This document shows, piece by piece, positions 55,974-64,000 of a DNA stretch of 64,000 nucleotides (within the stretch, counting starts at the first letter, position 1; every line of letters starts with the position of its first letter). A program made the position numbers and the translations under genes. The stretch spans positions 1 through 64,000 of the forward strand of contig JAUCBJ010006506.1 of NCBI GenBank assembly GCA_032718475.1, in the 5' to 3' direction. The notes below the pieces were generated by a model. It saw only the letters and a list, made by a program, of their open reading frames with translations. It was not told the DNA's origin and ran no database searches. Source of the stretch: Nemertoderma westbladi. Taxonomy: Eukaryota; Animalia; Xenacoelomorpha.

Positions 55974-58900
55974 ATTAACATAAAAAATAAATAGGTACCA
56001 ATGGATAGAGAGATCAAACAATAAATAGGTACCAATGGATAGAGAGGTCAAACAATAGTTCGCATTAACCTAAAAAATAAATAGGTACCAATGGATAGAG
56101 AGATCAAACAATAAATAGGTACCAATGGATAGAGAGAGGTCAAACAATAGTTCGCATTAACATAAAAAATAAATAGGTACCAATGGATAGAGAGATCAAA
56201 AAATAAATAGGTACCAATGGATAGAGAGGTCAAACAATAGTTCGCATTAACATAAAAAATAAATAGGTACCAATGGATAGAGAGAGGTCAAACAATAGTT
56301 CGTATTAACATAAAAAATAAATAGGTACCAATTGATAGAGAGAGGTCAAACAATAGTTCGTATTAACATAAAAAATAAATAGGTACCAATGGATAGAGAG
56401 AGGTCAAACAATAGTTCGTATTAACATAAAAAATAAATAGGTACCAATGGATAGAGAGAGGTCAAACAATAGTTCGCATTAACATAAAAAATAAATAGGT
56501 ACCAATGGATAGAGAGATCAAAAAATAAATAGGTACCAATGGATAGAGAGGTCAAACAATAGTTCGCATTAACATAAAAAATAAATAGGTACCAATGGAT
56601 AGAGAGAGGTCAAACAATAGTTCGCATTAACATAAAAAATAAATAGGTACCAATGGATAGAGAGATCAAAAAATAAATAGGTACCAATGGATAGAGAGAG
56701 GTCAAACAATAGTTCGCATTAACATAAAAAATAAATAGGTACCAATTGATAGAGAGAGGTCAAACAATAGTTCGTATTAACATAAAAAATAAATAGGTAC
56801 CAATTGATAGAGAGAGGTCAAACAATAGTTCGTATTAACATAAAAAATAAATAGGTACCAATGGATAGAGAGAGGTCAAACAATAGTTCGCATTAACATA
56901 AAAAATAAATAGGTACCAATGGATTGAGAGATCAAAAAATAAATAGGTACCAATGGATAGAGAGGTCAAACAATAGTTCGCATTAACATAAAAAATAAAT
57001 AGGTACCAATGGATAGAGAGAGGTCAAACAATAGTTCGCATTAACATAAAAAATAAATAGGTACCAATGGATAGAGAGATCAAAAAATAAATAGGTACCA
57101 ATGGATAGAGAGAGGTCAAACAATAGTTCGCATTAACATAAAAAATAAATAGGTACCAATTGATAGAGAGAGGTCAAACAATAGTTCGCATTAACCTAAA
57201 AAATAAATAGGTACCAATGGATAGAGAGAGGTCAAACAATAGTTCGCATTAACATAAAAAATAAATAGGTACCAATGGATAGAGAGATCAAAAAATAAAT
57301 AGGTACCAATGGATAGAGAGATCAAAAAATAAATAGGTACCAATGGATAGAGAGAGGTCAAACAATAGTTCGAATTAACATAAAAAATAAATAGGTACCA
57401 ATGGATAGAGAGAGGTCAAACAATAGTTCGCATTAACATAAAAAATAAATAGGTACCAATGGATAGAGAGAGGTCAAACAATAGTTCGCATTAACATAAA
57501 AAATAAATAGGTACCAATGGAAAGAGAGAGATCAAACAATAGTTCGAATTAACATAAAAAATAAATAGGTACCAATGGATAGAGAGAGGTCAAACAATAG
57601 TTCGCATTAACATAAAAAATAAATAGGTACCAATGGATAGAGAGAGATCAAACAATAGTTCGAATTAACATAAAAAATAAATAGGTACCAATGGATAGAG
57701 AGAGGTCAAACAATAGTTCGCATTAACATAAAAAATAAATAGGTACCAATGGATAGAGAGAGGTCAAACAATAGTTCGTATTAACATAAAAAATAAATAG
57801 GTACCAATGGATAGAGAGATCAAAAAATAAATAGGTACCAATGGATAGAGAGGTCAAACAATAGTTCGAATTAACATAAAAAATAAATAGGTACCAATGG
57901 ATAGAGAGATCAAACAATAAATAGGTACCAATGGATAGAGAGGTCAAACAATAGTTCGCATTAACCTAAAAAATAAATAGGTACCAATGGATAGAGAGAT
58001 CAAACAATAAATAGGTACCAATGGATAGAGAGAGGTCAAACAATAGTTCGCATTAACATAAAAAATAAATAGGTACCAATGGATAGAGAGATCAAAAAAT
58101 AAATAGGTACCAATGGATAGAGAGGTCAAACAATAGTTCGCATTAACATAAAAAATAAATAGGTACCAATGGATAGAGAGAGGTCAAACAATAGTTCGTA
58201 TTAACATAAAAAATAAATAGGTACCAATTGATAGAGAGAGGTCAAACAATAGTTCGTATTAACATAAAAAATAAATAGGTACCAATGGATAGAGAGAGGT
58301 CAAACAATAGTTCGTATTAACATAAAAAATAAATAGGTACCAATGGATAGAGAGAGGTCAAACAATAGTTCGCATTAACATAAAAAATAAATAGGTACCA
58401 ATGGATAGAGAGATCAAAAAATAAATAGGTACCAATGGATAGAGAGGTCAAACAATAGTTCGCATTAACATAAAAAATAAATAGGTACCAATGGATAGAG
58501 AGAGGTCAAACAATAGTTCGCATTAACATAAAAAATAAATAGGTACCAATGGATAGAGAGATCAAAAAATAAATAGGTACCAATGGATAGAGAGAGGTCA
58601 AACAATAGTTCGCATTAACATAAAAAATAAATAGGTACCAATTGATAGAGAGAGGTCAAACAATAGTTCGTATTAACATAAAAAATAAATAGGTACCAAT
58701 TGATAGAGAGAGGTCAAACAATAGTTCGTATTAACATAAAAAATAAATAGGTACCAATGGATAGAGAGAGGTCAAACAATAGTTCGCATTAACATAAAAA
58801 ATAAATAGGTACCAATGGATTGAGAGATCAAAAAATAAATAGGTACCAATGGATAGAGAGGTCAAACAATAGTTCGCATTAACATAAAAAATAAATAGGT

Positions 58901-59805
58901 ACCAATGGATAGAGAGAGGTCAAACAATAGTTCGCATTAACATAAAAAATAAATAGGTACCAATGGATAGAGAGATCAAAAAATAAATAGGTACCAATGG
59001 ATAGAGAGAGGTCAAACAATAGTTCGCATTAACATAAAAAATAAATAGGTACCAATTGATAGAGAGAGGTCAAACAATAGTTCGCATTAACCTAAAAAAT
59101 AAATAGGTACCAATGGATAGAGAGAGGTCAAACAATAGTTCGCATTAACATAAAAAATAAATAGGTACCAATGGATAGAGAGATCAAAAAATAAATAGGT
59201 ACCAATGGATAGAGAGATCAAAAAATAAATAGGTACCAATGGATAGAGAGAGGTCAAACAATAGTTCGAATTAACATAAAAAATAAATAGGTACCAATGG
59301 ATAGAGAGAGGTCAAACAATAGTTCGCATTAACATAAAAAATAAATAGGTACCAATGGATAGAGAGAGGTCAAACAATAGTTCGCATTAACATAAAAAAT
59401 AAATAGGTACCAATGGAAAGAGAGAGATCAAACAATAGTTCGAATTAACATAAAAAATAAATAGGTACCAATGGATAGAGAGAGGTCAAACAATAGTTCG
59501 CATTAACATAAAAAATAAATAGGTACCAATGGATAGAGAGAGATCAAACAATAGTTCGAATTAACATAAAAAATAAATAGGTACCAATGGATAGAGAGAG
59601 GTCAAACAATAGTTCGCATTAACATAAAAAATAAATAGGTACCAATGGATAGAGAGAGGTCAAACAATAGTTCGTATTAACATAAAAAATAAATAGGTAC
59701 CAATGGATAGAGAGATCAAAAAATAAATAGGTACCAATGGATAGAGAGGTCAAACAATAGTTCGAATTAACATAAAAAATAAATAGGTACCAATGGATAG
59801 AGAGA
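55974..59805. repeat. Higher-order tandem duplication within the satellite, period 1,896 bp
   Basis: Rare variants recur at exactly +1,896: GGATTGAG (56925/58821), GGAAAGAG (57522/59418), and the identical track ORFs 56048..56233 and 57944..58129. Confidence 0.9.
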
Positions 59806-62800
59806 GGTCAAACAATAGTTCGCATTAACATAAAAAATAAATAGGTACCAATGGATAGAGAGAGGTCAAACAATAGTTCGTATTAACATAAAAAATAAAT
59901 AGGTACCAATGGATAGAGAGAGGTCAAACAATAGTTCGTATTAACATAAAAAATAAATAGGTACCAATGGATAGAGAGGTCAAACAATAGTTCGAATTAA
60001 CATAAAAAATAAATAGGTACCAATGGATAGAGAGAGGTCAAACAATAGTTCGTATTAACATAAAAAATAAATAGGTACCAATGGATAGAGAGAGGTCAAA
60101 CAATAGTTCGTATTAACATAAAAAATAAATAGGTACCAATGGATAGAGAGATCAAACAATAGTTCGCATTAACATAAAAAATAAATAGGTACCAATGGAT
60201 AGAGAGATCAAACAATAGTTCGTATTAACATAAAAAATAAATAGGTACCAATGGATAGAGAGAGGTCAAACAATAAATAGGTACCAATGGATAGAGAGGT
60301 CAAACAATAGTTCGTATTAACATAAAAAATAAATAGGTACCAATGGATAGAGAGATCAAACAATAGTTCGCATTAACATAAAAAATAAATAGGTACCAAT
60401 GGATAGAGAGAGGTCAAACAATAGTTCGAATTAACATAAAAAATAAATAGGTACCAATGGATAGAGAGATCAAAAAATAAATAGGTACCAATGGATAGAG
60501 AGATCAAAAAATAAATAGGTACCAATGGATAGAGAGAGGTCAAACAATAGTTCGCATTAACATAAAAAATAAATAGGTACCAATGGATAGAGAGAGGTCA
60601 AACAATAGTTCGTATTAACATAAAAAATAAATAGGTACCAATGGATAGAGAGAGGTCAAACAATAGTTCGTATTAACATAAAAAATAAATAGGTACCAAT
60701 GGATAGAGAGAGGTCAAACAATAGTTCGTATTAACATAAAAAATAAATAGGTACCAATGGATAGAGAGATCAAACAATAGTTCGCATTAACATAAAAAAT
60801 AAATAGGTACCAATGGATAGAGAGATCAAACAATAGTTCGTATTAACATAAAAAATAAATAGGTACCAATGGATAGAGAGAGGTCAAACAATAAATAGGT
60901 ACCAATGGATAGAGAGAGGTCAAACAATAGTTCGTATTAACCTAAAAAATAAATAGGTACCAATGGATAGAGAGATCAAACAATAGTTCGTATTAACATA
61001 AAAAATAAATAGGTACCAATGGATAGAGAGAGGTCAAACAATAAATAGGTACCAATGGATAGAGAGATCAAACAATAGTTCGTATTAACATAAAAAATAA
61101 ATAGGTACCAATGGATAGAGAGAGGTCAAACAATAAATAGGTACCAATGGATAGAGAGAGGTCAAACAATAGTTCGTATTAACATAAAAAATAAATAGGT
61201 ACCAATGGATAGAGAGATCAAACAATAGTTCGCATTAACATAAAAAATAAATAGGTACCAATGGATAGAGAGATCAAACAATAGTTCGTATTAACATAAA
61301 AAATAAATAGGTACCAATGGATAGAGAGAGGTCAAACAATAAATAGGTACCAATAGATAGAGAGGTCAAACAATAGTTCGAATTAACATAAAAAATAAAT
61401 AGGTACCAATGGATAGAGAGATCAAAAAATAAATAGGTACCAATGGATAGAGAGATCAAAAAATAAATAGGTACCAATGGATAGAGAGATCAAACAATAG
61501 TTCGTATTAACATAAAAAATAAATAGGTACCAATGGATAGAGAGAGGTCAAACAATAGTTCGTATTAACATAAAAAATAAATAGGTACCAATGGATAGAG
61601 AGAGGTCAAACAATAGTTCGTATTAACATAAAAAATAAATAGGTACCAATGGATAGAGAGAGGTCAAACAATAGTTCGTATTAACATAAAAAATAAATAG
61701 GTACCAATGGATAGAGAGAGGTCAAACAATAGTTCGTATTAACATAAAAAATAAATAGGTACCAATGGATAGAGAGAGGTCAAACAATAGTTCGTATTAA
61801 CATAAAAAATAAATAGGTACCAATGGATAGAGAGAGGTCAAACAATAGTTCGTATTAACATAAAAAATAAATAGGTACCAATGGATAGAGAGAGGTCAAA
61901 CAATAGTTCGTATTAACATAAAAAATAAATAGGTACCAATGGATAGAGAGAGGTCAAACAATAGTTCGAATTAACATAAAAAATAAATAGGTACCAATGG
62001 ATAGAGAGAGGTCAAACAATAGTTCGTATTAACATAAAAAATAAATAGGTACCAATGGATAGAGAGAGGTCAAACAATAGTTCGCATTAACATAAAAAAT
62101 AAATAGGTACCAATGGATAGAGAGAGGTCAAACAATAGTTCGTATTAACATAAAAAATAAATAGGTACCAATGGATAGAGAGAGGTCAAACAATAGTTCG
62201 TATTAACATAAAAAATAAATAGGTACCAATGGATAGAGAGAGGTCAAACAATAGTTCGAATTAACATAAAAAATAAATAGGTACCAATGGATAGAGAGAG
62301 GTCAAACAATAGTTCGAATTAACATAAAAAATAAATAGGTACCAATGGATAGAGAGATCAAAAAATAAATAGGTACCAATGGATAGAGAGATCAAAAAAT
62401 AAATAGGTACCAATGGATAGAGAGGTCAAACAATAGTTCGTATTAACATAAAAAATAAATAGGTACCAATGGATAGAGAGAGGTCAAACAATAGTTCGAA
62501 TTAACATAAAAAATAAATAGGTACCAATGGATAGAGAGATCAAAAAATAAATAGGTACCAATGGATAGAGAGATCAAAAAATAAATAGGTACCAATGGAT
62601 AGAGAGAGGTCAAACAATAGTTCGAATTAACATAAAAAATAAATAGGTACCAATGGATAGAGAGAGGTCAAACAATAGTTCGTATTAACATAAAAAATAA
62701 ATAGGTACCAATGGATAGAGAGAGGTCAAACAATAGTTCGTATTAACATAAAAAATAAATAGGTACCAATGGATAGAGAGATCAAACAATAGTTCGTATT

Positions 62801-64000
62801 AACATAAAAAATAAATAGGTACCAATGGATAGAGAGAGGTCAAACAATAGTTCGTATTAACATAAAAAATAAATAGGTACCAATGGATAGAGAGATCAAA
62901 CAATAGTTCGTATTAACATAAAAAATAAATAGGTACCAATGGATAGAGAGAGGTCAAACAATAGTTCGTATTAACATAAAAAATAAATAGGTACCAATGG
63001 ATAGAGAGATCAAAAAATAAATAGGTACCAATGGATAGAGAGATCAAACAATAGTTCGCATTAACATAAAAAATAAATAGGTACCAATGGATAGAGAGAG
63101 GTCAAACAATAGTTCGTATTAACATAAAAAAAAAATAGGTACCAATGGATAGAGAGATCAAACAATAGTTCGTATTAACATAAAAAATAAATAGGTACCA
63201 ATGGATAGAGAGAGGTCAAACAATAGTTCGTATTAACATAAAAAATAAATAGGTACCAATGGATAGAGAGGTCAAACAATAGTTCGCATTAACATAAAAA
63301 ATAAATAGGTACCAATGGATAGAGAGGTCAAACAATAGTTCGCATTAACATAAAAAATAAATAGGTACCAATGGATAGAGAGATCAAACAATAGTTCGTA
63401 TTAACATAAAAAATAAATAGGTACCAATGGATAGAGAGAGGTCAAACAATAGTTCGTATTAACATAAAAAATAAATAGGTACCAATGGATAGAGAGAGGT
63501 CAAACAATAGTTCGTATTAACATAAAAAATAAATAGGTACCAATGGATAGAGAGAGATCAAACAATAGTTCGCATTAACATAAAAAATAAATAGGTACCA
63601 ATGGATAGAGAGATCAAAAAATAAATAGGTACCAATGGATAGAGAGAGGTCAAACAATAGTTCGCATTAACATAAAAAATAAATAGGTACCAATGGATAG
63701 AGAGATCAAACAATAAATAGGTACCAATGGATAGAGAGAGGTCAAACAATAGTTCGCATTAACATAAAAAATAAATAGGTACCAATGGATAGAGAGATCA
63801 AAAAATAAATAGGTACCAATGGATAGAGAGATCAAAAAATAAATAGGTACCAATGGATAGAGAGGGGTCAAACAATAGTTCGTATTAACATAAAAAATAA
63901 ATAGGTACCAATGGATAGAGAGATCAAACAATAGTTCGAATTAACATAAAAAATAAATAGGTACCAATGGATAGAGAGGTCAAACAATAGTTCGCATTAA

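Larger units (their letters stand above)
991..64000. repeat. 58-bp tandem satellite/minisatellite array, about 1,100 copies, at least 63 kb, open at the right edge
   Basis: Consensus CAAACAATAGTTCG(T/C)ATTAAC(A/C)TAAAAAATAAATAGGTACCAATGGATAGAGAGAGGT (58 bp, ~29% GC, ~48% A on the plus strand, one KpnI site GGTACC per unit). Length variants arise from GA-tract slippage (mostly 56 bp) and a 22-bp deletion (36/34 bp). All copies are in one orientation and no foreign insertion was seen. Copy number is an estimate from length divided by unit size. Confidence 0.99.

Noticed and set aside
17945-63931. Sixteen minus-strand hydrophobic ORFs (MFDLSIHWYLFIFY..., etc.)
   Set aside because: They are translations of the T-rich satellite strand and stay open only where 22-bp deletion units shift frame past the TGA/TAA stops. 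They start at non-ATG codons and show no independent coding evidence.
991-64000. CRISPR array
   Set aside because: Units are contiguous with no unique spacers, no cas genes are present, and the context (LINE, spliceosomal signals) is eukaryotic.
991-64000. Transcription-factor motifs in the unit (AGGTCA half-site, AACAAT SOX-like, CCAAT)
   Set aside because: 5-6-bp matches are expected by chance, AACAAT derives from coding sequence, and there is no functional evidence.
991-64000. Telomeric, rDNA/5S, tRNA or spliced-leader gene array
   Set aside because: There is no telomere motif, no Pol III A/B boxes or cloverleaf, and no recognisable structured RNA. The unit is explained by the exon junction.

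Overview
Eukaryotic (probably invertebrate animal) genomic DNA with three parts. (1) Positions 1-~786 hold a 5'-truncated non-LTR retrotransposon (RTE/RTEX-like LINE) reverse-transcriptase fragment on the minus strand. Its frame is open for 263 codons and the ORF track missed it because it runs off the window edge. (2) Positions 1011-856 on the minus strand form a 156-nt coding exon with canonical splice sites (TTTTTAG|...|GTAAGT). Its peptide resembles the TM5-TM6 region of SLC1/EAAT glutamate/neutral amino-acid transporters. (3) Positions 991-64000 are an uninterrupted head-to-tail satellite of about 1,100 copies of a 58-bp unit, with 56-, 36- and 34-bp variants. The main observation is that the satellite unit is this exon's own 3' splice junction (37 nt of intron plus the first 21 nt of exon), amplified into at least 63 kb of the upstream intron. 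Most copies carry an AG>AT change at the acceptor, or a 22-bp deletion that removes it. A minority keep the AG, and any full-length decoy would hit an in-frame TGA after six codons. Diagnostic variants reveal kb-scale duplications (periods/offsets of 1,896, ~4,528, ~12,965 and ~21,815 bp). All translations, alignments and counts were done by eye; no database search was run.
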